Shown: positions 45,428-54,522 of the stretch, one piece after another
Position numbering within the stretch: the first letter of the stretch is position 1
Layout of the letters: every line of letters starts with the position of its first letter
Origin: Gemmatimonadales bacterium
GTDB lineage: Bacteria; Gemmatimonadota; Gemmatimonadetes; Gemmatimonadales; GWC2-71-9
Length of the DNA stretch: 64,000 nt
Direction: 5' to 3'
NCBI GenBank assembly: GCA_035500495.1
Contig: DATJXC010000015.1
Coordinates: forward strand, 13,439-77,438
Notes under the pieces: model-generated
The model's input: the letters and a program-made list of their open reading frames with translations, nothing else
What the model was told of the DNA's origin: nothing
The model's database searches: none
Program-made: the position numbers and the translations under genes

Positions 45428-47086
45428 TTACCGCTTGATCCGTTCCCCTCGGTCCTCGTAGCGGAACACCCAGGTCGCGAACGCGGCGGGGTCGATCGCA
45501 TCGCCGGCGGCGATCGCGGTCCAATCGACGTCGCTCCCCGACTCCGGATGGCCCGTGCCCGGGTGGCGATTGCGCTCGATCGCCTGGGCAACCATGCGCT
45601 GTGCCCGGGTGATCCACTGTCCAAAGGACGCGGGTCGGAGATCTACCCAGCCACGGGGTGCCACCGCCAGGGGATCTCGGCCCGTCGGTGGCACGATGAT
45701 CACACTCCCACGGTACACCGCGCGCCCGTCCGGGGTAACGATCGGCAATCCGACCGACAGGATGTAGCGTCGCAGCGTCGCGTCCCGACGCACCAGGTCG
45801 TGCGCCGCCGCCGAGAACTGTTCCGGATCGGCGCTGGCCAGCGCCTCTACCGAAGGAACGAGCAGCGCACAGAGGTACGCCTCGAACAGCATCTTGGAGA
45901 GACGTGGGGGGCCCAGCATCTCGTAGGCGACCGATCGCGCCCCGCGTTCTTGCTCGATGCGCCGGAGCCGTTCCAACGCATGGCTCCGGAGAATCCCGGC
46001 GCGATACGTCGGTCCGGCGGTGGCCGCGTCCAGTGCCGCGACGATGTCCCGTCCGGTGGGCCGTCCCTCCAACTCGAAGATGACGTAGTCCGCCACTTCT
46101 TCGGGTGTGATGAACTCCATCTGCCCCAGGGCCGTCACCGTCGCGAATTCATCCCTCGCGAACAGGCCGTTCTCACCGGTGTTGATGAACGCCCCCTCGA
46201 GCGTCGCTCCCAGATCGGTCCAGGGCCGGCCTCCCTCCCGAAACGCCTCGGCCAGCGCGACGGGCTCCGCGCAGTCGACGAGGGGAATGGGCCGCCCTTT
46301 GCGATACACCGGCCCATAGCCGATTTCCCGCCAGGCGATGGTCGCCGTCGGCTTGATTTCGATCGTGGCCGGCGCGCCGGGCGTCCGGCCCATCAGGAAG
46401 AGCAACAGGGATTGGGCGCCGGCCACCGCCGACTTGGTCATGAGCGTGCGGCTGGGGCGCTCTTCCGAGTGGGTATAGGGAATGTTGAAGCCCATGCCGC
46501 CGGTGCCGCTCGTCCCCACTTTCACGTAGGCGCGCGCCCCCACCCGCCGTAACCCCTCGAGCATGATCTGGGTATGCCGGATGAGCTGCGGCATGGTGAG
46601 CGTCAACACATGCGCCTCGACCGCCGCCGCGTCCGCCCGTCCCTCCCGGGCCCGGCTCAGGAGCTCGCGGGCGCTCTGAAAAATGTCCTGGTAGGCGAAC
46701 GCCGTCGCCGTATTGATCGAATCCACGACCGCATCGGGGTGATAGCGATGCAGGATCTGATACAGCAGGCTGCGCTCGAGGACCTCCTCGGTGAGGTCCC
46801 CGAGGAGGTCATCCAGCACCAGGGCGCGGTGCTTGGGATCGGCGAGAATCGCGCTGCGATCGAGGCGGGCGACGGGCGCCGGAAAGAACACATTGCCCCA
46901 ATCGACGGCGATCTCGGTATCGCCCCGATACGGGTCCAGCGCCCGGGCCGCCGCCCGCACCTCCTCCTCGAACAGCGCCACCAGGACGAGGCGTTTCGGG
47001 ACCCGCTCGAGGAGTCGCCGCGCCACGGCGTGGCCGACGAGCCCCGACCCCCCCAGCAACACCACCGTGGTGTCACGAATCTCCAT
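45428..47086 (-). CDS. conserved hypothetical protein with N-terminal Rossmann-type NAD(P)-binding motif
   Basis: 552 aa. The N-terminus VVLLGGSGLVGHAVARRL and the later …DAVVDSINTAT… suggest a dinucleotide-binding fold. I do not recognise the remainder (…VGTSGTGGMGFNIPYTHSE…). Confidence 0.6.
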   Translation of the reverse strand: MEIRDTTVVLLGGSGLVGHAVARRLLERVPKRLVLVALFEEEVRAAARALDPYRGDTEIAVDWGNVFFPAPVARLDRSAILADPKHRALVLDDLLGDLTEEVLERSLLYQILHRYHPDAVVDSINTATAFAYQDIFQSARELLSRAREGRADAAAVEAHVLTLTMPQLIRHTQIMLEGLRRVGARAYVKVGTSGTGGMGFNIPYTHSEERPSRTLMTKSAVAGAQSLLLFLMGRTPGAPATIEIKPTATIAWREIGYGPVYRKGRPIPLVDCAEPVALAEAFREGGRPWTDLGATLEGAFINTGENGLFARDEFATVTALGQMEFITPEEVADYVIFELEGRPTGRDIVAALDAATAGPTYRAGILRSHALERLRRIEQERGARSVAYEMLGPPRLSKMLFEAYLCALLVPSVEALASADPEQFSAAAHDLVRRDATLRRYILSVGLPIVTPDGRAVYRGSVIIVPPTGRDPLAVAPRGWVDLRPASFGQWITRAQRMVAQAIERNRHPGTGHPESGSDVDWTAIAAGDAIDPAAFATWVFRYEDRGERIKR

Positions 47087-47792
47087 CCAACCCCTCGATC
47101 GCCTCGATTTCGCGCCGGGTCAGGCGCCGATGCCGGCCTTCGGGCAGGTCCCCGAGGCGGACCGGGCCGTAACTCGTGCGGTGCAGCCATTCCACCTTGA
47201 GGCCGAGCGCTTCCGCCAGCCGCCGGACGATGCGGTGACGGCCCTCCGCGAGGGTGAGCTCGATCTCCACGCCTTTCCGAGCCGGGCGCACGAGCGCGCG
47301 CTGGACCTCGACGGGCCGTCCATCGATGACCGTCGCGCGCCGCAGCGCCCGTTGCACGGCGGCGGCGGAGAGACCGTGCGCCCCCAGCCGGTAGGTGCGC
47401 GGCACCGCGAACCGCGGATGCATCAACCGATGCGCGGCCGTGCCGTCCGTCGTGAGCAGCAACAACCCCGACGTCATCACGTCCAGCCGACCAACGTACG
47501 TGAGGCCAGGCACCTTGGGGAGGAGGTCGAACACCGTTCGGCGGCCTTCGGGGTCCCCGCGTGTTACGACGTAGCCGAGGGGCTTGTTCAACGCGTACCA
47601 GACGCCGGCGACCGCGGCCTGAACGGCTCGGCCGTCGACCGTCACCCGCTGGCGGTCGGGGTCGGCGCTGGTGCCGATGGTGGCGACGACCCCATCCACG
47701 CGGACCCGACCCGCGCGGATCAAATCCTCGGCCTTGCGCCGGGACGTGACGCCTGCGCGCGCCAGGGCGCGCTGCAGGCGCATCAAGGTCAT
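47073..47792 (-). CDS. rluB: 23S/16S rRNA pseudouridine synthase, RsuA/RluB family
   Basis: It has an S4 domain (RLQRALARAGV.SRRKAEDLI..GRV.V.G) and the catalytic motif …VGRLDVMTSGLLLLTTDG…. Confidence 0.88.
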   Translation of the reverse strand: MTLMRLQRALARAGVTSRRKAEDLIRAGRVRVDGVVATIGTSADPDRQRVTVDGRAVQAAVAGVWYALNKPLGYVVTRGDPEGRRTVFDLLPKVPGLTYVGRLDVMTSGLLLLTTDGTAAHRLMHPRFAVPRTYRLGAHGLSAAAVQRALRRATVIDGRPVEVQRALVRPARKGVEIELTLAEGRHRIVRRLAEALGLKVEWLHRTSYGPVRLGDLPEGRHRRLTRREIEAIEGLDGDS

Positions 47793-48337
47793 TCGGGCTC
47801 GGCCTGGGCGGGCGGCCGGAGGGCCACCGACAGCTCTTCGAGCCGCGGCAGGTCATCCAGGCTCTTCAGGCCGAGTATCTCCAGAAACGGGGGCGTGGTG
47901 CCATACAGCAGCGGCCGGCCCAGGCCCTCCCCGCGGGATTGAATCTCTACCAGCCCACGTTCGACCAGTTTGTCGATCACGGCGCCGGAGTCCACCCCGC
48001 GGATCTCGTCCACCTCGATCCGGCCCACCGGCTGTCGATACGCGATGATCGCGAGCGTCTCGAGCGCCGCCGGCGACAGGCGGCGCGGCCGCAACGCGAA
48101 CTGCGCCCGCTCGATCGCCTCGGCATATTCGGGCCGCGTGAGGAACTGCCATCCGTCGGCGATCTCGAGAAGCTCCACGCCGTGGTCGGCGCCGGCAAAG
48201 CTCGCCCGGAGCTCCTCCAGCGCCGCGCGCGTCCCCTCGAGGCCCGCCGACTCGTCGAGCGTCGCCAGCTCGTCCAGCGTGAGCGGGCGTGACGCTGCGA
48301 ACAGGGCGGCCTCAAGCAGCTTCGCGAGGGGGCTCAC
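47789..48337 (-). CDS. scpB: SMC-Scp complex subunit ScpB
   Basis: 182 aa. The pattern …LLEAALFAASRPL…L…, …AIIAYRQP..R.E.D.IRGV… and …L.ERGL… is that of ScpB. It lies downstream of scpA. Confidence 0.88.
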   Translation of the reverse strand: MSPLAKLLEAALFAASRPLTLDELATLDESAGLEGTRAALEELRASFAGADHGVELLEIADGWQFLTRPEYAEAIERAQFALRPRRLSPAALETLAIIAYRQPVGRIEVDEIRGVDSGAVIDKLVERGLVEIQSRGEGLGRPLLYGTTPPFLEILGLKSLDDLPRLEELSVALRPPAQAEPE

Positions 48338-49043
48338 GACGGATCACCAGAGGGGCGAAGGGCTCGGGCTGCAGGAGCAGCAACGCGCCGCGCTTGGCCA
48401 GCTCGAGCAGAGCGATGAACGCCGACAGCACATCCACGACGCCGGCGCGCTCGCCGACGACATCTTCCCATCGGAATTCCTCCCGACGGGCGAGCAGCGC
48501 CTGAATCCGCGCCGTCGCGCCCTCGACGTCGAGCGGGCGCGGCACGACCCGGTGCAACGTCGGCTCCGGGATCAGGGCGATGATCCGCTCCGCCGCGGCG
48601 AGGAGGTCGTTCAGCTCGATGGCGAGCGGCGCCGGCGGCAGATCGGGCGCGGGTTGTTCGTAGCCACGGCCGAATCGCTCGGCGCGGACGCCCGCGGCGT
48701 GGGCGAGCCAGTCCACCAGCTCGCGGATCTGCTGGTACTCCAACAGCCGCCGCACCAGCTCCGACCGCGGGTCCTCCCATTCGTCGTCACCCACCCGGCG
48801 CGGCAACAGCATCTGGGCCTTGATCCGCAGCAGCCGGGCGGCCATTTCCAAGTAGTCGGCGGCCTGGTTCAATCCCAAGTCGCCGATCACCGCGAGGAAC
48901 TGATCGGCGATCCGGGAAATCGGGAGGTCGGTGATGTCGAGCTCGTCCTCACGGATCAGATGCAGCAGCAGATCCAACGGCCCGGAGAACTGCTCCAGCT
49001 CGACCACGAATCCGTTGCGGTCCTGCAACCCGAGGCTCGTCAT
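48312..49043 (-). CDS. scpA: segregation and condensation protein A
   Basis: The sequence …FSGPLDLLLHLIREDELDITDLPISRIADQFL… is the ScpA N-terminal signature. The start is trimmed to ATG 49043 (ATGA overlap with the upstream stop). Confidence 0.88.
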   Translation of the reverse strand: MTSLGLQDRNGFVVELEQFSGPLDLLLHLIREDELDITDLPISRIADQFLAVIGDLGLNQAADYLEMAARLLRIKAQMLLPRRVGDDEWEDPRSELVRRLLEYQQIRELVDWLAHAAGVRAERFGRGYEQPAPDLPPAPLAIELNDLLAAAERIIALIPEPTLHRVVPRPLDVEGATARIQALLARREEFRWEDVVGERAGVVDVLSAFIALLELAKRGALLLLQPEPFAPLVIRREPPREAA

Positions 49044-49795
49044 GAGACGCCTCCTAGCGCGAACCCGCCCACGACGGCGAGCCCAAGGTCCATGAGTCGC
49101 TTCGCCGGCCAGAGAAAGACGTCGATGACCCCCGGCGCGAGATAGCTGATCAGGAGAATCGGCAGAAACCCGAACCGGTAGAGCTGGCGATACCGGAGTC
49201 CCACGGCCGGTGGCAGCAAGTGGTAGAGCACGTGGCTGCCGTCGAGTGGCGGTATGGGGATGACATTGAAGAAGGCCAGGACCAGGTTGAGCCACATCCC
49301 CAAATACGACATCCGCTGGAGAATACTGAGCGTGGGGGTGGCCGCCGCCCACGACTGACCGAGCATCCCAACGAGCGCGTACACCCCGGCGAACGCCACG
49401 AACAGCACCAGATTCGTCGCGATCCCCGCCAGCGAGACGATGACGTCCCCTTTCACGTATTCGCGATAGTTGCGTGGGTTCACCGGAACCGGCTTCGCGG
49501 CTCCGAAGGCGTATCTTCCGCCCGAGCCGACCCACAGCATGATCGGGAGCAGCACGGTCATGAATGGATCGATGTGTTTCAGGGGGTTCATCGTCAGCCG
49601 CCCGAGCATGTGGGCGGTGTCATCGCCTTGCCGATAGGCCGCCTCGGCATGAGCGTACTCGTGGGCCACCATCGAAAACAACAGAACCGGGGCCCACACG
49701 AGAAAGTCCAACGAGATAGGCCGGTCCGGGAGTGAAGGTGCTCTAAGATAGTGAACGGCGCGGTACCCGGTCAACGCCGTAGTGCCTTGACCCAT
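49040..49795 (-). CDS. site-2 protease (M50) family metalloprotease
   Basis: Polytopic. It has an HExxH motif in a TM helix (MVAHEYAHA) and the later …PIPPLDGS… motif. Confidence 0.85.
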   Translation of the reverse strand: MGQGTTALTGYRAVHYLRAPSLPDRPISLDFLVWAPVLLFSMVAHEYAHAEAAYRQGDDTAHMLGRLTMNPLKHIDPFMTVLLPIMLWVGSGGRYAFGAAKPVPVNPRNYREYVKGDVIVSLAGIATNLVLFVAFAGVYALVGMLGQSWAAATPTLSILQRMSYLGMWLNLVLAFFNVIPIPPLDGSHVLYHLLPPAVGLRYRQLYRFGFLPILLISYLAPGVIDVFLWPAKRLMDLGLAVVGGFALGGVS

Positions 49796-49843
49796 CAGAA
49801 CTTGCCGTCTATCTTCCGCCGCTCAATTGGGGAGACCTGAATC

Positions 49844-50101
49844 GTGCCGCGCATCAAGTCAGCGAAGAAAGCCCTGCGACAGTCCCGGACCCACGCCGCC
49901 CACAATCGGACGCTGCGCTCCAACCTCCGCTCCAGCATCAAGAAGGTGCGCAGCGCCGCCACCGCCGCCGAGGCCGCGTCGGCCTACGCCGCAGCCGTCC
50001 GCGTGCTCGATCGGGCCGCCCGGACCGGGATCATCCACCGCAACGCCGCGGCGCGGCAGAAGTCGCGGTTGGCGAGGGTCGCAAAAACCAAGACGGCGTA
50101 G
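49844..50101 (+). CDS. rpsT: 30S ribosomal protein S20
   Basis: 85 aa. The pattern (M)PRIKSAKKALRQSR.....N……K… is that of S20. The start is GTG, with a GGAG 9 nt upstream. Confidence 0.95.
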   Translation: MPRIKSAKKALRQSRTHAAHNRTLRSNLRSSIKKVRSAATAAEAASAYAAAVRVLDRAARTGIIHRNAAARQKSRLARVAKTKTA

Positions 50102-50114
50102 GGAAAACCCCGGT

Positions 50115-50149
50115 AAGAAAAGAGACGTAGGGAGGAGGCGTTACGTCTC
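50115..50149 (-). terminator. intrinsic terminator between convergent rpsT and the 50199..51074 gene (possibly bidirectional)
   Basis: There is an 8-bp stem, GAGACGTA / TACGTCTC, with a 12-nt loop. On the minus strand it is followed by TTTTCTT, and on the plus strand it is preceded by the matching A-rich run. Confidence 0.6.
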
Positions 50150-50198
50150 CATCCGTACGTCTTGCTTGCTTCCGTCGTTCTCCCTCCGCTCCTGCCCG

Positions 50199-51074
50199 TT
50201 ACAGCGCCGCTAGCTCCGCCCCGCAATTCTCGCAGTACCACTCCGTCGGCAGGTTCATCGTCCCGCACTCTTTGCACTTGAGGGTGCGCACGGCTTCCTC
50301 GGTATCGGACGGGCGCGACATGGGACTCGCCGCGGGGGGAGCCGCGGGCGCGGGGCGCGCGGCCTCGACCGGCTGGAACTGGGCCCCGGACGCGCGCCGC
50401 GGGGGCGCCGCCCCGGACAGCCCCTTCTCGTCTTCGGTCACCGACTTGAGGAACGCGAGCTCGTCCACCTTGGAGGTCGCCGCCGGGGCTTTGCGCTCTT
50501 CCGGCGCTGGGGGCCTTGGCGGAGAGCCCACCTTCGGCATTGGCCTCGCGGGGGTGGTCGCCGTGGTGGGCGCCGGTGAGGGGGCCGGCGTTGGCGGCGG
50601 GGGGGGCGGCGTCGCCGGTTTCGCTCTCACCAGACGCTCGAGTTCTTCCAGCTGGGCGACGTCCTCTTCCACCGACTGCAGCTCTTCGCGTACCGACACC
50701 AGCTCCGCGAGGCAGTCCTTGTGCACCTGGGTCCATTGCGCTTCATCGTACTCACCGACGGCGTGGCGCAGCTCGGCTTCGGACAGTCGCTCGGCCGCGG
50801 CGCTTTCTTTCTTCTGTAACTCGCCGCGAAACTCGCGGCGTTGAGCGACCATCTGCCGCGCGGCATCGGCGTGGACCTTCAGCTCGTCGATCACCGCGCG
50901 CAGCCGCGCTTCATAGTCTCCGCGGACGCGCGAACGCACGCTGTTCGGCGTCGCGCCGCCCGCGGCGTCGATCCGGGCGATCCACGACTCGTACTGCCGC
51001 CGCTCCTCCAGGAGCCGCTGGATTCCGACAGTCGTGCTGCCCGGTCGCTTAGACATCGCTCCCCCGTCGCTCAC
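50199..51074 (-). CDS. hypothetical coiled-coil / Pro-rich protein with C-terminal zinc ribbon
   Basis: The N-terminal ~140 aa are helical and heptad-rich. A Pro/Ala linker follows, and the C-terminus reads CKECG…YCENCG. The start is either GTG 51074 or ATG 51056. Confidence 0.6.
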   Translation of the reverse strand: MSDGGAMSKRPGSTTVGIQRLLEERRQYESWIARIDAAGGATPNSVRSRVRGDYEARLRAVIDELKVHADAARQMVAQRREFRGELQKKESAAAERLSEAELRHAVGEYDEAQWTQVHKDCLAELVSVREELQSVEEDVAQLEELERLVRAKPATPPPPPPTPAPSPAPTTATTPARPMPKVGSPPRPPAPEERKAPAATSKVDELAFLKSVTEDEKGLSGAAPPRRASGAQFQPVEAARPAPAAPPAASPMSRPSDTEEAVRTLKCKECGTMNLPTEWYCENCGAELAAL

Positions 51075-51693
51075 GCAACCCCATCAGCTCTCCCACCGCC
51101 TCCGGCGCCAACTCGTTCACCTGCCCCAAGGAGCGCGCGACGGCGAGAATGCGCGCCGCATGCTCCAGACTTTCCATCCGGATCCAGGCCTCGTCCAGGG
51201 TCCGGCCCACCGTCACCGCCCCATGGTTCGCGAGCAGGAGCGCGTCGTGGTGGTCGATGAATCCTTCCACGCGTCCCCCCAATTCCTCGCTCCCCGGTGC
51301 GGCATAAGGGACCAATGGAACCGGGCCGACTAGCAAGATAAGCTCCGCCAGCGCAAAAGAGGTCAGATCGAGGCCCGCCACGGCAAAGGCGGTGGCGACC
51401 GGGGGATGGGCATGCACGACCGCCGCGACATCAGCGCGGCGACGCAAGATCCGAAGATGTAAGTCTAATTCAGAGGTAGGTTTGCGCCGCCCGCTGCGAC
51501 GGGTCCCGGCCAGCGTCACCTCCACCATGTCGCCCGGCCCAACACACGACTTCACCATCCCGCTCGGAGTCACGAGAACCCGGTCTCGTCCCAGCCGCAC
51601 CGACAGGTTCCCATCCTGCCCGGCGATCAACCCGCGCTCCGCCAGTTGCCGGCAGCACAGCGCCATCCGCCGGGCAGCGTCGCGCGCCGTCAT
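51049..51693 (-). CDS. class II aldolase/adducin-family protein
   Basis: 214 aa. The pattern …GNLSVR…VLVTPSG…, …SE..LHL.I……VVHAHPP.ATA… and …LLANHG… is that of the class II aldolase fold. The start is trimmed to ATG 51693 (ATGA overlap with the pyrC stop). Confidence 0.8.
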   Translation of the reverse strand: MTARDAARRMALCCRQLAERGLIAGQDGNLSVRLGRDRVLVTPSGMVKSCVGPGDMVEVTLAGTRRSGRRKPTSELDLHLRILRRRADVAAVVHAHPPVATAFAVAGLDLTSFALAELILLVGPVPLVPYAAPGSEELGGRVEGFIDHHDALLLANHGAVTVGRTLDEAWIRMESLEHAARILAVARSLGQVNELAPEAVGELMGLRERRGSDV

Positions 51694-52991
51694 CGCGCCG
51701 CGGCAGCCTCTCCCTCGTGGACCACCCGGCCTCCCGCGATCGTCAGCACGGCTCTCCCGGTGAACGTGCGCCCACCATACGGCGTGTTCCGACTCTTGGA
51801 ATGGAACCGCGCGGGATCGACCGTCCACGGCGTGGTGACGTCGAGCACGCACACATCCGCCGACGCGCCCGGCCGCAGGCTCCCTCCCGGCAGGTGGAAC
51901 ACCTTCGCGGGGATCGTGCTCATCCGCGAGATCAGCTCGCCCAACGACAGGGCACCGCCCAGAACCAGGGTGGTATGAGCGACCGCGAAGGCCGTTTCCA
52001 GCCCGATGATGCCGAACGGCGCATGATCGAACGCCGCTTCTTTTTCGTCGTAGGCGTGCGGCGCATGGTCGGAGGCGATGCAGTCGATCACGCCCTCCCG
52101 CAGTCCCTGGCGCAACGCCTCGATGTCCGGCTGCTCCCGCAGCGGTGGATTCATCTTCGCGTTGGTGTTGTAGTGCTCGCAGGCCGTGTGATCGAGGGAC
52201 AGATGATGCGGGGTGACTTCGGCGGTCACCCGGATGCCGCGCTCCTTGCCCCGGCGGATCAGGTCCACCGAGCCACGCGTGGACATGTGGCACAGGTGCA
52301 CGTGGCCACCGCTCAGCTCGGCCAGAAGGATGTCCCGCGCCACCATGATCTCCTCGGCCGCCGCCGGAATCCCCTTCAGGCCGAGACGCGCCGACACCAG
52401 CCCTTCATGCATCGCGCCGCCGGCCGCGAGCGTCGGCTCCTCGCAGTGGTCGGCGACCGGGATATCGAACGTCCGCGCGTACTCGAGGGCCGTGCGCATG
52501 AGATGTCCGGAGACGACCGGCTTGCCGTCATCCGACACCGCGACCGCCCCTGCCCCGACCATCTCCCCCATCTCCGCCAGCTGCTCCCCGCGCTGCCCCA
52601 CCGAGATGGCCCCAATCGGATACACCCGCGCGAGACCGGCGCGAACCGACTGCCGCACGATGAAGCCGACGGCCGCCTGGTTGTCGGTCACCGGATCGGT
52701 GTTGGGCATGGCGCACACGGCGGTGAACCCGCCCGCCACCGCGGCGCGGGCGGCCGTGGCGACTGTTTCCTCGTCTTCATTCCCCGGCTCGCGCACGTGC
52801 ACATGGACGTCCACCAGTCCGGGCGCCACCACCAGGCCGCTGACGTCGCGCACGATGGACTCATCCGGCCCGCCGATCCCGCTCCCAACCGCCGTCACCT
52901 TACCGTCCTCGATCAGCACGTCGGCGACCGCGTCGGCGTTGCGGCTCGGGTCGATGACCCGGCCGCCCTTCAGGAGAATGGGGCGGCTCAT
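51690..52991 (-). CDS. pyrC: dihydroorotase
   Basis: 433 aa. It has the metal-binding [10 protein letters not shown], then …EVTPHHL… and …ASDHAPH…. It lies downstream of pyrB. Confidence 0.93.
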   Translation of the reverse strand: MSRPILLKGGRVIDPSRNADAVADVLIEDGKVTAVGSGIGGPDESIVRDVSGLVVAPGLVDVHVHVREPGNEDEETVATAARAAVAGGFTAVCAMPNTDPVTDNQAAVGFIVRQSVRAGLARVYPIGAISVGQRGEQLAEMGEMVGAGAVAVSDDGKPVVSGHLMRTALEYARTFDIPVADHCEEPTLAAGGAMHEGLVSARLGLKGIPAAAEEIMVARDILLAELSGGHVHLCHMSTRGSVDLIRRGKERGIRVTAEVTPHHLSLDHTACEHYNTNAKMNPPLREQPDIEALRQGLREGVIDCIASDHAPHAYDEKEAAFDHAPFGIIGLETAFAVAHTTLVLGGALSLGELISRMSTIPAKVFHLPGGSLRPGASADVCVLDVTTPWTVDPARFHSKSRNTPYGGRTFTGRAVLTIAGGRVVHEGEAAAAR

Positions 52992-53959
52992 TCGCTGGGT
53001 CCGCTCTTCGCGGCGTCGGCCAGCTCGGGCCGGCCGCCGGCCAGCAAGTAGAGCACCGCCATGCGCACCGCGACGCCGTTGGTGACCTGGTCCAGGATCA
53101 CGCTATGGGGACCATCCGCGACCCGAGACTCGATCTCCACGCCACGGTTCATGGGCCCGGGATGCATGATGGTGAGCGGCCGCGGCGCCCGTTCCAGACG
53201 GTCCATGGTCACACCGAACACACGGAAGTACTCGCGCAGGCTCGGGATGAACCCTCCTTCCATCCGCTCCAGCTGCAACCGCAGCACGTTCAGCACGTCG
53301 GCCCACTCGATGGCCGCCTCGATGCGGGAGAACACGGTGACGCCGAAGTCCTCGATCCCCCTCGGCAACAGCGGGCGTGGCCCGCACACGGCCACCTGAG
53401 CGCCGAGCTTGGTGAGGCCCCACAGGTTCGACCGTGCCACGCGCGAATGCAGGATGTCGCCCACGAGGCAGACCTTGACGCCCTCGAGCGTGCCGTGATG
53501 GTCGCGGATCGTCAGCATGTCGAGCAGGCCCTGGGTGGGGTGCTCGTGCTTGCCGTCGCCCGCGTTGATCACGTTGGAGCGGATGCGGTCCCCCAGAAAC
53601 TGCGCGGCCCCGGAGGCGCCGTGGCGCATCACCACCATGTCGATCCGCATCGCCTCGAGGTTCTTGGCGGTGTCGACCAGGGTCTCGCCCTTTGAAACCG
53701 AAGACCCGGAGGCGGCCACATTCACGGTATCCGCCGACAGGCGTTTCTCGGCGAATTCGAAGGAGATGCGGGTGCGAGTGGAGGCTTCGAAGAAGAGGTT
53801 GACGATGGTCTTGCCGCGCAGCGCGGGCACTTTCTTGATCTGCCGTTCCGACACCTCCTTGAACGGCTCCGCCGTGTCGAGAATCAGACGGATCTGATCG
53901 GCCGAGAGAAATTCCAGTCCGACGAGGTCTTTTCCCAGAGTCGGAGGGGCGGGTGTCAT
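52988..53959 (-). CDS. pyrB: aspartate carbamoyltransferase catalytic subunit
   Basis: 323 aa with the motifs …[12 protein letters not shown]…, …HEHPTQ.LLD… and …HPGP.NRG.EI…. Confidence 0.95.
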   Translation of the reverse strand: MTPAPPTLGKDLVGLEFLSADQIRLILDTAEPFKEVSERQIKKVPALRGKTIVNLFFEASTRTRISFEFAEKRLSADTVNVAASGSSVSKGETLVDTAKNLEAMRIDMVVMRHGASGAAQFLGDRIRSNVINAGDGKHEHPTQGLLDMLTIRDHHGTLEGVKVCLVGDILHSRVARSNLWGLTKLGAQVAVCGPRPLLPRGIEDFGVTVFSRIEAAIEWADVLNVLRLQLERMEGGFIPSLREYFRVFGVTMDRLERAPRPLTIMHPGPMNRGVEIESRVADGPHSVILDQVTNGVAVRMAVLYLLAGGRPELADAAKSGPSE

Positions 53960-54504
53960 CGACGGCTCACGAGGTTCACCTCGTCCTTCCCGTCCAGCTC
54001 CGCGATCAGGACCTCGACGAACTCCTTCGCTCCCACCTTGGCCTGTTTCCCGACGATGTCGGCCTGAATCGGGAGCTCCCGGCCCCCGCGATCGATCAGC
54101 ACGCAGAGCGAGATGCGCTTGGGTCGGCCGAAATCGGCCAATTCGTCCAGCGCCGCGCGTACCGTCCGGCCGGTATACAGCACGTCGTCGACGATGAAGA
54201 CATGCTTCCCGGTGAGATCTTCCGGCAGACGCGTCTCGCCGATCACCGGGCGGGGGCCCACGACCTCCAGATCATCGCGGTAGAGCGTGATGTCGAGCGC
54301 TCCGCGCGGGACCCGCGCGCCTTCCTCCCGCTCGATGATGCCGGCGAGCCGCTCGGCCAGCTCCACGCCGCGCCGCTGGATCCCCACGAGTACCAGACCG
54401 TCGGTCCCGTGGGCCAATTCGGTGATCTCTACCGCCATACGCTGAAGCGCCCGCGCGAGCGCGCGGGCATCGAGGAGGGTCTGCTTTTCCGAGGCCCGGG
54501 TCAT
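53956..54504 (-). CDS. pyrR: bifunctional pyrimidine operon regulator / uracil phosphoribosyltransferase PyrR
   Basis: 182 aa. The PRPP motif is …[16 protein letters not shown]…. It is the first gene of the pyrR-pyrB-pyrC set. Confidence 0.9.
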   Translation of the reverse strand: MTRASEKQTLLDARALARALQRMAVEITELAHGTDGLVLVGIQRRGVELAERLAGIIEREEGARVPRGALDITLYRDDLEVVGPRPVIGETRLPEDLTGKHVFIVDDVLYTGRTVRAALDELADFGRPKRISLCVLIDRGGRELPIQADIVGKQAKVGAKEFVEVLIAELDGKDEVNLVSRR

Positions 54505-54522
54505 CTCCGGGGCTGAAGCTAA

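Noticed and set aside
49796-49843. Promoter hexamers for the divergent M50 protease and rpsT genes.
   Set aside because: The only candidates (TTGCCG … TCAATT, and TTGAGC … AAGTTC) have poor -10 elements or a 15-nt spacer. They are not convincing enough to annotate.
54505-54522. A search for a PyrR-binding attenuator upstream of pyrR.
   Set aside because: Only 18 nt are available, and no UCCAGAGAGG-like loop or terminator/antiterminator pair is visible there or in the adjacent 3' end of the upstream gene.
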